Assembly (NCBI GenBank): GCA_051251915.1
Contig: JBPOGF010000006.1
Location: forward strand, 64,001-128,000
Origin: Akkermansiaceae bacterium
GTDB lineage: Bacteria; Verrucomicrobiota; Verrucomicrobiia; Verrucomicrobiales; Akkermansiaceae
Length of the DNA: 64,000 nt
Direction of reading: 5' to 3'
Shown: one piece after another, positions 23,494 to 34,239 of the stretch
How the letters are laid out: each line of letters starts with the position of its first letter
How positions within the stretch are numbered: position 1 is the first letter of the stretch
Translations under genes and position numbers: made by a program
The notes under the pieces: model-generated
Seen by the model: the letters and a program-made list of their open reading frames with translations, nothing else
Databases searched by the model: none
What the model was told of the DNA's origin: nothing

Positions 23494-24375
23494 TTACTGC
23501 TTGAACAAAGAACTGTTGCTGGTTTCTTTTTTTAAGATTTGAATCTGTGGTTTGGGACGTGGATGTGTTCGAGGGTGGGGTTTGGTGGGGTGGAAATTGT
23601 TGTGGTTGTGGTTGGTGTTATGTCCGCTTGTTTCTATGATGGTGTGTGTGGGGTGGTTTTGGTGATATTCTGTGGTTGTTGGGGAGGTGTTGTTGACTAC
23701 GATGATCTCACGCTGCACTTTGTCCACTTGGTGTTCTTGATTGGTTTTGAGGGCTAGTCGGTGGTTATCATTTAGAATGATCTGGTACTTTGCTTCTAGG
23801 GTGGCGTATTTTAGTTTTGCGGATTGTAGCTCGTTTTCTAGATTGGCGTGTCTGGCTAAAATGATGTTGGCTTTTTCTTGATCGGCTTCTGCGAGTTGGG
23901 TGGTCTCGTATGCGGTAAGCATGTGGGCTTTGGCATTAGACTGGGCTCTGATGGAGTGAATGGCGGCTTCTGAGGCGAGCTGTTTTTCGATCCGTGCGGT
24001 TTTTTGTAGGTCGATGAGTTCTAGTTTTTCGGCTTGGAGGGCATCAATGCGTTGTTGCATTTCCTTATTGGTTACTTGGTTTTCAGCTCTGGATTTTTGG
24101 GTTTTTGCGATTTCTTGATACCATTTATCTTCGGCTTCTAAGGCGGTCAGGTGGGCTTGTTTGGCCAGTTGTTTTTGTGCTTCTAGGTCTTGGATGGCTT
24201 TTTGTTCATCGGCTGAGGATTTAATGATTTGAATGGGTGATGGTGTTGTATTTGAGCTGTGAATTAGGTGAGTGGCGATGCTTCCTAGAGCTATACTGCT
24301 AAAGCCGATTCCTATTGTGAGGGCGATGGCATTTTTTGATGATTTCTTAGTGGTGGATGGCTTGCGGGTTCTCAT
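23494..24375 (-). CDS. Membrane-anchored coiled-coil hypothetical protein
   Basis: N-terminal TM, Ala/Gln/Glu/Lys-rich helical middle, His/Pro-rich tail. Confidence 0.6.
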   Translation of the reverse strand: MRTRKPSTTKKSSKNAIALTIGIGFSSIALGSIATHLIHSSNTTPSPIQIIKSSADEQKAIQDLEAQKQLAKQAHLTALEAEDKWYQEIAKTQKSRAENQVTNKEMQQRIDALQAEKLELIDLQKTARIEKQLASEAAIHSIRAQSNAKAHMLTAYETTQLAEADQEKANIILARHANLENELQSAKLKYATLEAKYQIILNDNHRLALKTNQEHQVDKVQREIIVVNNTSPTTTEYHQNHPTHTIIETSGHNTNHNHNNFHPTKPHPRTHPRPKPQIQILKKETSNSSLFKQ

Positions 24376-24521
24376 GGTGGTGGCTGATTGTTTAAGTGTT
24401 TGGTTAAGTGCTGAGATAGAGGTAATAGAGGTGAGACGTGAAATGTGTGGTATGTATTCATTTTAAGTTGATTATTTTTATGTAACTATGTGTGAAGTGT
24501 CGCTTAGATATATGTATGGGG

Positions 24522-25055
24522 ATGAGGTGTTACTTTAATTTTTTAATCATTGGGCTGGGGTGTTGTTGTGGGGTGTTGAGTTCCTGTGGGGATAAGCAGC
24601 AGGGAGCTGAGAAAGTGGAGCCTGCTGCTGAGGGTTTGGTTGAATTGATTCAGCATACTTATGATGGGACGAAGCCTGGGGAGCTGGGGGTTTATAAAAT
24701 TACTGCTGATATTTATGATGCGCGGGCGCTGCCGCTTGGGGAAATTTATTCTAGTATGGAACAGTTGGAGGGGGGCGCTGGTAGGAAGGTGGGGGAGTTT
24801 GTGAATTTGGTGAATTCTGGTGAGCCTGCGGAGTTGGTTTATGAGGGTGGGTATTTTAAGGTGGATGCTATTGCGGGGGAGAATGGTGAGGTGATGGATG
24901 TGGGGGTGGATTTGAAGTTTGGGGAGCTGGCGATGGAGTTTGCTACGGTGGTGAAGTTTGGGTATGCGGTGTTTTATGAGATGAGTGTGACGGGGAGGCA
25001 AGATAGGATGTATGTGGTGGTTGTGAATGTGGTGAAGGAGGGAGGGGAGGAATGA
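24522..25055 (+). CDS. Putative lipoprotein
   Basis: Lipobox-like VLSSC; overlaps next gene. Confidence 0.6.
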   Translation: MRCYFNFLIIGLGCCCGVLSSCGDKQQGAEKVEPAAEGLVELIQHTYDGTKPGELGVYKITADIYDARALPLGEIYSSMEQLEGGAGRKVGEFVNLVNSGEPAELVYEGGYFKVDAIAGENGEVMDVGVDLKFGELAMEFATVVKFGYAVFYEMSVTGRQDRMYVVVVNVVKEGGEE

Positions 25056-26590
25056 TGAGGTTGTTGTTATTTTTGTTTTCTTTTGTGATGAGTCCTGGCT
25101 GGGCTTGTGAGGAGTATGGTGATCCGTTTGGGGATGATGAGGCTAGGCCGTTGGTTCCTAGGGAGGCGGCTTATCTGGAGGGTGGGGGGAGTGTGGATGG
25201 AGAGGTTGAGGTGTTGGTTAGGAGTCTGCCGATGCTGCTGCAGTCTTTGGAAAACTTACCTCTGGTAAAGCGAGATTTAGAGGGGCTGCCTCATACTATA
25301 GCGGGGGATGAGGTTTATGATATTAGTGGGTGGTTTCCTAATTGTGATGAGGTGAGGGAGGATTTGTGGGTGGTTTATAATGCTCGGTCTGGGTATTTGA
25401 TAGCGAGTGCGGATGGGTTGTTGAGGGCTTCTGTGAATGAGTATGTGGATGATGTGGTGATGAATCAGTTGCCGAAAATGCGCTTGTCTGTGACTTATCT
25501 TAAGGTGAAGGGGAGTGTGCAGCTTGAGATGGGGGCTTTGCAGGGATCAGATTATAGGGTGGTGATGAGGGTTGTTGGTGGGTCTAGTTCTGGGGAGGTG
25601 TTTGAGTTTGGTAATGCTGGGTTTAGTGTGAGGAGTGAGGTGGATATGGACTATTCAAGACGTGGGGCATATGTGAGCTTAAATATAGTGGGGGGAGAGA
25701 ATGAGGAGATCTCGATGGGTTGTGGTGTAGAGATGGGGCAGCAGATTATTAGTAAAGTGGGTGTGAATGATGGAGGTGAGCAAGGGGTTTTGATTTTGAA
25801 GTTAGTTTATGTTGATCAGTTGGGTAGGGAGTTAGACTATCACCAGAGGTTAGAGAGTAGGTTAGATGTTGATGATCAAGTTTATCGAGGGTTTGACTTT
25901 TGGCGGCATCATTATTTCTCAAGTCGAATGTCGGTATTAGATTATTTAGATTGTGATGATGTTAAGCTAGTGGTGCCTCCTGCTGATCCTCTTTATAGGG
26001 AGGATGATGTGGTTTATGATATCACGAAGTCTCTGGAGCTTCAGGGTATTAAAATAAGAGAAGGTGACCGACTTTTATCAAACCAGACTGTGGGACAAAT
26101 GGATTTTAAGGGGGCTGATAAGGCCTTTGAGCAGGTTGAGGAATTGTTTACAGAGTTAGGAGTGAGACCGCCTAATTTGTTTTATATGACATCAAGTTTT
26201 TATGAGGTGGAAGCTAAGGGAATGTTCGATAGGGAGTGGAGCTTGGAGAATGTTCTGGCGTCTAATCCAGTTTTATTGGGAGAAATGGGTGGTGTTATAA
26301 GTCAAGGGGATAAGTTTTCTTTGAAGTCTGAGTATGGGGCTGTTGAGTGGTCCGCTATTTTTTTTGATGGTGTGACTGAGGGGAGAGAAGATGATAGCGA
26401 TTGGATAGAATCTTCATTTGAGATTGATCTGAAGATTTCTGGGAGAGAGATAAAGTGGTCTGAAGAAGCTTTTGTATGTTTGGAGAAACCCGTGTTTGTT
26501 GAGGTGCGGAGAGATGGAGGTAAATCGATTGTGATGAGATTATCGATTGATGTTGAGGAAATGTTTTATCATGAGAAACTGCATAACTAA
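25052..26590 (+). CDS. Secreted hypothetical protein, paralog of the next gene, secretin-N-like segments
   Basis: Signal peptide; shares LPHT..GDEV.DI.GWFP and YN..SGY.IA.AD with 26590..28098. Confidence 0.6.
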   Translation: MMRLLLFLFSFVMSPGWACEEYGDPFGDDEARPLVPREAAYLEGGGSVDGEVEVLVRSLPMLLQSLENLPLVKRDLEGLPHTIAGDEVYDISGWFPNCDEVREDLWVVYNARSGYLIASADGLLRASVNEYVDDVVMNQLPKMRLSVTYLKVKGSVQLEMGALQGSDYRVVMRVVGGSSSGEVFEFGNAGFSVRSEVDMDYSRRGAYVSLNIVGGENEEISMGCGVEMGQQIISKVGVNDGGEQGVLILKLVYVDQLGRELDYHQRLESRLDVDDQVYRGFDFWRHHYFSSRMSVLDYLDCDDVKLVVPPADPLYREDDVVYDITKSLELQGIKIREGDRLLSNQTVGQMDFKGADKAFEQVEELFTELGVRPPNLFYMTSSFYEVEAKGMFDREWSLENVLASNPVLLGEMGGVISQGDKFSLKSEYGAVEWSAIFFDGVTEGREDDSDWIESSFEIDLKISGREIKWSEEAFVCLEKPVFVEVRRDGGKSIVMRLSIDVEEMFYHEKLHN

Positions 26591-28098
26591 TGTTCAAGAA
26601 ACTACGGCTACTGATATTTTTGTTTTTGTGTGTTACGGCTCTGCAGGTGTATGGAGGTGGTTCTCCGCGGGTGCCGGAGAGGGGGTATCCGGAGGGGGTT
26701 CCTTATGTTAGGACTGGGTTGGCTGTGGTTAGTATTCATTGTCCGAGTATGATTGATCCACCGGTGGCTTTGGTAGAGATGCCTCGGCTTGAGGATGGGG
26801 TAGGTGAATGGGATTTGGGGGTGTTGCCTCATACGGAGTCTGGGGATGAGGTGCGTGATATTACGGGGTGGTTTCCGCTGGATGAAATGAGGGAAGAAGA
26901 TGGGGGTGAGGATTTGCGGCGGGTGTTTTATAATGTGACGAGTGGTTATGTGATTGCTAAGGCGGATCATTTTTTGCAGGCGTCTGTTTATGACTATTTT
27001 GATGGGGGGAGGTCTGATGGGGATGATTTCTATGAGCGAAGGGTTAGAACCAACATGATCTATTTAGAGACGGATGATAGGGTTAGTATGGATCTAGGAG
27101 CGATTCAGAAGACGTCCCATAAGGTTATTTTTAGACATGTTGGGGAGGGGTATCTGGGGAGTAAAATGGTGAGTCGCAGTGGAGATATAATTTTTGAGAG
27201 TGAGGGGTTTGCTATGAACGGCAGGAAGGCTATCTATTTGGATCTGAATTGTTATAAAGAAGGGGAAGGGGTTTTATTTAATTCAGCTATCAGCTTTCCA
27301 GTGTCTAAATGGATGATTTTTGAGTGTGGGATCTCTGAGGCAGGTTCCAGGAGGATTTTGGCTGTGAAGGTGGACTATGTTAATGAAAGAAGAGAGGTGA
27401 TTTATTTGCCCCCAATAAGGGAAGATTTCATCAAGAATGTAAGTATGGATCCATTTGGAGAAGGTGAAGATAGCTTTTATGAATTGTATGCGGTTCCTCC
27501 GGATATAATTAAAATGCTGTCAGGTGAAGAGAGTGATGGAGATCCCTTTTTAGAAACTAGAAAAGTTAAGAATGAAGGGATCGATATTTCTGATTTGTTG
27601 TTAGGCCAAGGAGTAGAACCGTTGAATGCTTATTTTTTACCGCGATCTAGTTATGTCATTGCAAGTGGGAGTGAGGAAGTTCAAGGTCAATTAGATGATT
27701 TGTTTGCGACTCTTGGAGGAGATCGACCTTTGGGGATTATATTTCATCTGAGTATCTATGAGGTAGATGGTAATGCCGAATTGAAGGATTGGGATGTTAG
27801 GGATCTTTTAGCGAGCCGTCCTCATAAGTTAGCTAGTGTGGGGACGGCGTTCTGTAGTGGGACAAGATCTGAGCTTTTTTCTGATGGGAGTGAATTTCGT
27901 TTGGAGGCGATACGTGGAGAATCTAGGGAAAATATCGATTATGATTTCAATTTGAAGTTGGATTTTTCTCAGAGAAAGATGGAAAAAGTGTGTGAGGGGT
28001 CTATGAAGATAGATCGGCCAGAATTGATCTGGTTAGGAATTGATCCAACAACGAAGCGTGATTTGTATATGTTATTGCTCTTTCGTGAAATTGATTGA
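26590..28098 (+). CDS. Secreted hypothetical protein, paralog of the previous gene
   Basis: Signal peptide; VPPDII...DPF...LL.QGV...YF.P.SS.VI segment. Confidence 0.6.
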   Translation: MFKKLRLLIFLFLCVTALQVYGGGSPRVPERGYPEGVPYVRTGLAVVSIHCPSMIDPPVALVEMPRLEDGVGEWDLGVLPHTESGDEVRDITGWFPLDEMREEDGGEDLRRVFYNVTSGYVIAKADHFLQASVYDYFDGGRSDGDDFYERRVRTNMIYLETDDRVSMDLGAIQKTSHKVIFRHVGEGYLGSKMVSRSGDIIFESEGFAMNGRKAIYLDLNCYKEGEGVLFNSAISFPVSKWMIFECGISEAGSRRILAVKVDYVNERREVIYLPPIREDFIKNVSMDPFGEGEDSFYELYAVPPDIIKMLSGEESDGDPFLETRKVKNEGIDISDLLLGQGVEPLNAYFLPRSSYVIASGSEEVQGQLDDLFATLGGDRPLGIIFHLSIYEVDGNAELKDWDVRDLLASRPHKLASVGTAFCSGTRSELFSDGSEFRLEAIRGESRENIDYDFNLKLDFSQRKMEKVCEGSMKIDRPELIWLGIDPTTKRDLYMLLLFREID

Positions 28099-28172
28099 AT
28101 TACTGTTAACTAATGACGGCTTCTTATTATAATATTCTTTGCTTGGGGGTGGGGATTGGGTAGGTGTTTGGG

Positions 28173-28772
28173 ATGAATATTGAGATTGCAGATAAGGCGT
28201 TGAGGTGGGGGGAGCTGGATGTGAATTTGTTTGGGGTTGAGGGGGATTGGTATGGGGAGAAGTTTGCGAAGCCGTTGATGTTTGGGCTGGCTGTGGATAA
28301 GGATTATTTGTGGTTTGTGGCGGGGCATCAGGAGCCTGCGAGTCTTCATCCGGCGGCGAAGCCTGGGGCGTTTGTGGCGGAGTTGTGGACTTATGATGTG
28401 GCGGAGTTTTTTTTGCTAGATCCTGCTAGTGGTAAGTATTTGGAGTTTAATCTGGCGGCTAATGGGGCTTGGTGGTCTGCGATGTTTACGGGGCCGAGGG
28501 TAAGGGAGAGTGCGGAGGAGATTCCTTTTCCTGATGTGGCGACTTATGCCGACTTAGCGCCTGATGGTAGCTGGATGGCTGCTGCGGCGATTCCGCTGAA
28601 GGAGCTGAGGTCTGAGCTGAATTTTGGTGATGGGAGTGAGATGAATGTGGCGTTTATTGTGGGGTCACCTGAGCAGAGGTTTGGTAGTGCGGTGAAGTTG
28701 GGGGGGGAGGCTCCTAATTTTCATCAGCCTGAGGGGTTTGAGAAGGTGAAGTTTTATCATGTGGGGGAGTGA
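28173..28772 (+). CDS. DOMON/CBM9-like domain protein
   Basis: ELW.YDVAEFFL...YLEFNL..NGAWW, PNFH. Confidence 0.55.
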   Translation: MNIEIADKALRWGELDVNLFGVEGDWYGEKFAKPLMFGLAVDKDYLWFVAGHQEPASLHPAAKPGAFVAELWTYDVAEFFLLDPASGKYLEFNLAANGAWWSAMFTGPRVRESAEEIPFPDVATYADLAPDGSWMAAAAIPLKELRSELNFGDGSEMNVAFIVGSPEQRFGSAVKLGGEAPNFHQPEGFEKVKFYHVGE

Positions 28773-28795
28773 TCAGTTAGCAGTTAGCAGTGATC
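28768..28795. repeat. Heptamer array AGTGATC/AGTTAGC x4 over a stop codon
   Basis: agtgatc agttagc agttagc agtgatc. Confidence 0.8.
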
Positions 28796-28889
28796 GAGGG
28801 CTTGGTGCTTTGACTTGCGGTGCATGAAAAAAAACGACTTCATCTGGTGGATGAAGTCGTTTTGGGGTGTTGTTGAAATGTTGTGGGTG

Positions 28890-29711
28890 TTAGGCGCCTA
28901 TTTTGTGGATGTGGACGTCTGTTTGTGGGTAAGGGAAGCTGATGTTTTCTGCGTCGAATGCGGCTTTGACTTTTTCGTTTAGGTCGAAGGTGATGTCCCA
29001 GTAGTGTGGGGCGTCTGCCCATACGCGGACGGTGAGGTTTACGGCGCTGTCTCCAAGAGCGCTGAGGACGATGACTGGCTCTGGGTCTTTGTCGATACGT
29101 GTGTCTGCATCGATGAGGCCGCGGATGATGGAGCGTGCTTTCTGGACGTCGTCATCGTAGCCGATGCCGAAGACGAAGTCTACGCGGCGTTTGTCTTCTG
29201 CTGAGTAGTTGATGATGGCGCCTGTGGCTACTGGGCCGTTGGGTAGGATGATGCGTTTGTTGTCTGGGGTGTTGAGGATGGTGTTGAAGATCTGGATGCT
29301 TACTACTTTTCCTGTGTGACCTTCTGCTTCGATGACATCACCTAGTTTAAAAGGCTTGAGGATGAGGAGGAGGACTCCGCCGGCGAAGTTCTGGAGTGTG
29401 CCGGAGAGTGCGAGGCCTACTGCGAGACCGGCTGCACCGAGGATGGCGACGAGTGAGGTGGTGGGGATGCCTGCGATGCCTGCGCAGGTGATGACTAGGA
29501 TGACCTTGAGGAGCATGCCGGTGAGGCTGAGGATGAAGCTTTCGAGTGCTTCATCGAAGTCTGCGTGGTCGAACCATTTGTTCATTCCTTTGCAGAGGAA
29601 GTTGACGACTTTTAGGCCGATCCAGAAGACGACGATTGCTGTGAGGAGCTTGAGCCCGTATGTGGTGGCAAATCCGGTGATGAGTTGTGATATTTCTTCG
29701 AAGTTGATCAT
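28890..29711 (-). CDS. mscS: Small-conductance mechanosensitive channel
   Basis: GAAGLAVGLALSGTLQNFAGG, KPFK.GD.I, IILPNG, FPYPQ.DVH. Confidence 0.94.
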   Translation of the reverse strand: MINFEEISQLITGFATTYGLKLLTAIVVFWIGLKVVNFLCKGMNKWFDHADFDEALESFILSLTGMLLKVILVITCAGIAGIPTTSLVAILGAAGLAVGLALSGTLQNFAGGVLLLILKPFKLGDVIEAEGHTGKVVSIQIFNTILNTPDNKRIILPNGPVATGAIINYSAEDKRRVDFVFGIGYDDDVQKARSIIRGLIDADTRIDKDPEPVIVLSALGDSAVNLTVRVWADAPHYWDITFDLNEKVKAAFDAENISFPYPQTDVHIHKIGA

Positions 29712-29813
29712 GATGAGCGATTCATAAATCGTTCTGTTGAAGTTGTCAAATGCTAGAGTGTGAAGAAAAGTTCATCTTGTTGATGAATGGGGGGGGATTG
29801 GGTGAGGGTGGGG

Positions 29814-30488
29814 TTATTGGGTGAGGGTGGATTGGATTTTTTTGAAGAGGTTGGTGGCGATGATTTGTTGGCCTTGTTGGTTTGGGTGGATGAGGTCTGG
29901 TTGGTTTAGTTTTGGGTCGCCGGAGATGCCTTTGATTAGGCTGGGGTAGAGGGGGACTTTGGTTTTGTCTGCTACTTGTTGGAAGGTGGTGAGGAATTTT
30001 GTTTTGTAGTCGGTGCCCATGTTGGCGGGGACTTCGATGCCTGCTAGGATGATTTTGGCTTTGGGTTGGTTGGTCTGGATGGTGTTGATGATGGTTAGGA
30101 GGTTTTGTTGGGTTACGGCTGGGGCTATTCCTCGGAGGCCGTCGTTTCCGCCGAGGGCGATGATGATGAGGTCTAGGGGGCGTTTGGTGAGGAGTTTGAC
30201 TCTGCGGACTCCGCCGTTGGTGGTGTCGCCAGATAGGCCGGCGTTGATGCAGGTCCAGTTGAGGTTTTGTTGTTTGGCGAGGTTTTGGATGAGGGCGGGG
30301 TAGGCTTGTGATTTTTGGAGTCCGAGGCCTGCTGTGATGCTGTCTCCTAGGAAGATGATTCTGCGGTTTGGGGTGTCGGTGGTGGGTGGTTGATCTTGGG
30401 CGTGTGTTTGTTGGGGGCTTATGGTGAGGAGGGTGAAGCAGATGAGAGAAATTATGCTAGAAGCTGTTTGTGAAAAGGCAGATATCAT
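29814..30488 (-). CDS. tesA: GDSL arylesterase / acyl-CoA thioesterase I
   Basis: GDSITAG, NAGLSGDTT, LGGNDGLRG, D.IHP; divergent from ybbAP. Confidence 0.9.
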   Translation of the reverse strand: MISAFSQTASSIISLICFTLLTISPQQTHAQDQPPTTDTPNRRIIFLGDSITAGLGLQKSQAYPALIQNLAKQQNLNWTCINAGLSGDTTNGGVRRVKLLTKRPLDLIIIALGGNDGLRGIAPAVTQQNLLTIINTIQTNQPKAKIILAGIEVPANMGTDYKTKFLTTFQQVADKTKVPLYPSLIKGISGDPKLNQPDLIHPNQQGQQIIATNLFKKIQSTLTQ

Positions 30489-30533
30489 GCATCTTACTTA
30501 TGATCGATTACGGTTATTTGCAAAAACATTCTT

Positions 30534-31211
30534 ATGAACTTTATTTTAGAAACTACTGATCTTACTAAGACTTACCAGAGTGGAACCTCGGAGTTGACTG
30601 TGCTGGATGCTGTGAATATCCAGATTCCTGAGGGTTCTACGGCTTCTATTGTGGGGCCATCTGGGAGTGGGAAGACGACTTTGCTGGGGTTGTGTGCGGG
30701 GTTGGATAGGGCGAGTTCAGGGACGGTGAGGTTGGCGGGGAGTGATATTACTGATTTTAGTGAGGGTGAGAGGGCGAAGTTGCGGAGGGAGTCTATTGGG
30801 TTTATTTTTCAGAATTTCCAGTTGATGCCGAATTTGACGGCGATTGAGAATGTGGTGATTCCTGCGGAGTTGCAGGGGAGGGGTGGTGCTGAGACTGAGC
30901 GGCGGGCTGAGGAGTTGCTGGAGCGGGTGGGGCTGGGGTCACGGATGAGGCATTATCCGAAGCAGTTATCTGGTGGGGAGCAGCAGCGGGTGGCTATTGC
31001 GCGGGCGTTTATTCATGAGCCTAAGGTTTTGTTTGCTGATGAGCCTACGGGGAATCTTGATGAGGAGTCTAGTGTGCTTATTGAGGATATGTTGTTTGAG
31101 ATTAATAAGGAGCTTGGGACTACGTTGGTGTTGGTGACGCATGATAATGAGTTGGCGATGAAGACGGAGCATTTGATTAAGCTTAAGGGTGGGAAGTTGG
31201 TTAGGGAATGA
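30534..31211 (+). CDS. ybbA: ABC transporter ATPase
   Basis: GPSGSGKT, LSGGEQQ, ADEPTGNLD; tesA-ybbAP synteny. Confidence 0.9.
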   Translation: MNFILETTDLTKTYQSGTSELTVLDAVNIQIPEGSTASIVGPSGSGKTTLLGLCAGLDRASSGTVRLAGSDITDFSEGERAKLRRESIGFIFQNFQLMPNLTAIENVVIPAELQGRGGAETERRAEELLERVGLGSRMRHYPKQLSGGEQQRVAIARAFIHEPKVLFADEPTGNLDEESSVLIEDMLFEINKELGTTLVLVTHDNELAMKTEHLIKLKGGKLVRE

Positions 31212-33859
31212 TTGCGTTTTTGAGGTCGTTGTTTTCGTCTTGGACTTGGTCTATGGCGTATAGGGATAGTAGGGCTACGAAGTGGAAGTTGGCTTTGTTT
31301 TCTACGTCGATTGTGTTTGGGGTGGCGGCTTTGGTTATTATTGGGTCGTTGAAGAATAATTTGAATGATTCTGTTAGGGGGCAGTCGAAGTCGTTGCTGG
31401 GGGCTGATGTGCAGATCGAGGCGAGGCAGGAGTTTTCTGAGGGGGCTGAGGAGTTGGCGAGGGAGATAGGTGGTGAGCAGGCTAGGGAGGTGTCATTTTC
31501 TACGATGCTGACGGTGGGGGAGAATCCGCGGCCTAGGTTGGTGACGGTGCGTGGTGTGGAGGGTGGGTTTCCGTTTTATGGGGAGGTGGCGACTACGCCT
31601 GCGGGGATGTGGGATGCGGTTCATTCTGAGGAGGGGGTGTTGGTGGAGGAGTCGTTTTTGATTTCTATGAAGGGGAAGGTTGGGGATTTGGTGAGGTTTG
31701 GGAATGTGGAGTTGCCTATTATTGGGACGTTGGATCAGGCTGCGCCTTCGTCATCGGGGTTTGCTTCGATTAATCCGACTTTGGTGGCTTCTTATGATGT
31801 GGTGAAGAGGTCTGATCTGCTGAGTGGTAAGAGTTTGTCATTTCATAGGGTGTATTTTAAGTTGCCTGGGGTAGAGGATCATAAGAAGATGTTGGAAAAT
31901 TATCAGCCGGTGATCGATGGTGAGAGGTTGCGGACGGTGACTGCGACTCAGAGGAGTGAGCGGATAGAGAAGTCGGTTAATAATTTGTATTTGTTTTTGA
32001 ATTTGATTGGTTTTAGTTCACTTTTCCTTGGTGGGATAGGGATAGCTGGGGCGATTCATATTCATATTTCTGAGCGTATTCCTAGTGTGGTGACGTTGAA
32101 GTGTTTGGGTTGTACGTCTGCTAATGCGTTTGCGATTTATTTTATTCAGGGTGTTTGTATGGGAGTTTTGGGGACGGTGATGGGGTTGGTTGTGGGGTGT
32201 GGTGGGATTGTTTTGTTGGCGTCGTTTGCTGGGGCTTTGAGTGGGGTGATTCCGTTTGAGATTACGATTAAGCCGGTGTGGTTTGAGGTGTTGAAGTCTG
32301 GGGTGATTGGGTTTGTGATTAGTGTTTGTTTTGCGTTGTTGCCTTTGTTGAGGTTGCGGAATGTTAGTCCGTTGGCGGCGCTGAGGCAGGATGCGGGGGA
32401 TGCAGGAGGGAGGGGTGCTGGGCGTGATCCGTTGAGGTGGTTGATTTTGTTGGCTTTGATGGGGGCTGCGTTTTTGTTGGCTTGGGTGGATAATAGGGAT
32501 CTTGGGAGAGGTGGTGACAAGGGGGTGCTTGCGGCGGCGGGGTATGTTGGGTTTTTGGTGGTGACGTTTGGGTTGCTTTTGGGGTGTGGTTTTTTGTTGA
32601 GGTGGGTGTTGAAGTTTTTTGTGCGGAGATCTTGGCCGTTTACGGTTAGGCAGGGGTTTTCTGCGCTTTATAGGCCGAATAATCAGACGAGTATTTTTAT
32701 GTTATCGATTGGGCTGGGGGTGTTCTTTTTGTTTACGTTGATGTTTATGCAGAACATTTTGTTGCAGTGGTTGAGTCCTGAGAGGTTGGATGGGAGACCG
32801 AATATCTTTATGGTGGATGTGCCGCCTGAGGATGCGGAGAGGGCTGAGGAAGTGATTGTAGAGTCAGGGAATACTCCGCTGGGGGCGGCTCCTATTATTC
32901 AGCTTAGGTTGACGGAAATTAAGGGGAGGTCTGTGGAGGATATTTTAGCCGAGAAGGGGGATAGGGGTGATTATAAGGATGGTGAGAAGGGGGAGAGTAA
33001 GAGGATACCTCGGTGGGTTTTAAGGCGGAGTTTTAGGAGTACTTATAGGGCTGAGCTTAGTGATACTGAGGTGCTGACTGATGGTGAGTGGGTGGGGAGT
33101 TATGATGGGGTTGAGCCAGCGTCAGCTTCTGGGGGGGTGATTCCTATTAGTATGGAGGTGAAGATTGCGGAGGATTTGGGGGTGGGGATTGGTGATAGGA
33201 TTACGATGGAGATTGAGGGGTTTGGTGAGGAGGTGGAGTTGGAGATTGCTAGTTTGCGGGAGGTGGATTGGCAGAGTATGGATTTGAATTTCTTTATCGT
33301 GCTGCCTGAGGGGGCGGTGGATGATTATGTGGCGTTTAATATTCTGACGGCGCATAGTGATAATGCTGAGGCGAGGGCGGAGTTGCAGCAGAGGATGTTT
33401 GCGAGTTGGCCGTCTGTGAGTGTGATTGATTTGTCGCTTATTTTGAAGACGGTGCAGTCGGTTTTGAATGCTGCTGGGAAGGCGATTCAGGTGATGTCGT
33501 TGTTTACGTTGATTACTGGGTCGATTGTGTTGGTTTCTGCGCTGTTGTCGGGGCGGAAGGTGAGGACGAGGGAGACGGTTTTGTTGCGGACACTGGGTGC
33601 TAGTCAGGGGCAGATAGCGCGGATTTTGGCGATTGAGTATGCTTTGTTGGCTACTTTGGCGACGGTTGCTGGGGCTGGATTGGCGGCGTTGGCTAGTGCG
33701 TTGTTGAGTCAGAATTTATTTGATTCTGAGGTGTATGTGTTTCCTTGGGGGCTGCTTTTTGGTGGGGCGGGGGGGGTGATTTTTGTTACTATGGTGTTGG
33801 GGATGTTGTTGAGTAGGGGGATTGCGAGGACTCCGCCGATGGCTTCTTTGAAGGGTTAG
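31208..33859 (+). CDS. ybbP: FtsX/MacB-type ABC permease
   Basis: LLGAD, FPFYG, LKCLG, R.VDW...NFF, LRTLGA. Confidence 0.88.
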   Translation: MIAFLRSLFSSWTWSMAYRDSRATKWKLALFSTSIVFGVAALVIIGSLKNNLNDSVRGQSKSLLGADVQIEARQEFSEGAEELAREIGGEQAREVSFSTMLTVGENPRPRLVTVRGVEGGFPFYGEVATTPAGMWDAVHSEEGVLVEESFLISMKGKVGDLVRFGNVELPIIGTLDQAAPSSSGFASINPTLVASYDVVKRSDLLSGKSLSFHRVYFKLPGVEDHKKMLENYQPVIDGERLRTVTATQRSERIEKSVNNLYLFLNLIGFSSLFLGGIGIAGAIHIHISERIPSVVTLKCLGCTSANAFAIYFIQGVCMGVLGTVMGLVVGCGGIVLLASFAGALSGVIPFEITIKPVWFEVLKSGVIGFVISVCFALLPLLRLRNVSPLAALRQDAGDAGGRGAGRDPLRWLILLALMGAAFLLAWVDNRDLGRGGDKGVLAAAGYVGFLVVTFGLLLGCGFLLRWVLKFFVRRSWPFTVRQGFSALYRPNNQTSIFMLSIGLGVFFLFTLMFMQNILLQWLSPERLDGRPNIFMVDVPPEDAERAEEVIVESGNTPLGAAPIIQLRLTEIKGRSVEDILAEKGDRGDYKDGEKGESKRIPRWVLRRSFRSTYRAELSDTEVLTDGEWVGSYDGVEPASASGGVIPISMEVKIAEDLGVGIGDRITMEIEGFGEEVELEIASLREVDWQSMDLNFFIVLPEGAVDDYVAFNILTAHSDNAEARAELQQRMFASWPSVSVIDLSLILKTVQSVLNAAGKAIQVMSLFTLITGSIVLVSALLSGRKVRTRETVLLRTLGASQGQIARILAIEYALLATLATVAGAGLAALASALLSQNLFDSEVYVFPWGLLFGGAGGVIFVTMVLGMLLSRGIARTPPMASLKG

Positions 33860-33885
33860 CGGTGATCGGTTGCTTGGGTTTTGAG

Positions 33886-34135
33886 CTGCGGTGCTTTGCC
33901 ACGAATAGATCGAATTTTCACGAATGGGTGGATGATGGAGCCTTGGATGGTGAAATTTTTATGACCACGAAATATGCGAAATATGCGATAGGTTGATGGG
34001 CTTGGGTTGATGGATTTTTTTTGACCACGGAAGGCACTGAAAATACGGAACTGGGTTGATGGAGCGGAAGGCTTGAGTTGTGGGCTTTGGTTATGTTTTG
34101 CGGGACCTTACTACGGATTTGCACGGATTTTGACT
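33886..34135. repeat. Composite intergenic repeat cluster (ACCACG-type modules)
   Basis: Modules at about 33899, 33964, 34024 and 34110; two match modules at 35950-36235. Confidence 0.85.
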
Positions 34136-34239
34136 AGTGGGGGAGGCTGGCGTTTTTGGGATTTAAGCAAAGCTAGTTTTCTATTGGTTGACTCATTTAT
34201 TTACTCTTCTTTTTTGGCTTATTGGTTTAGATTTGATTT

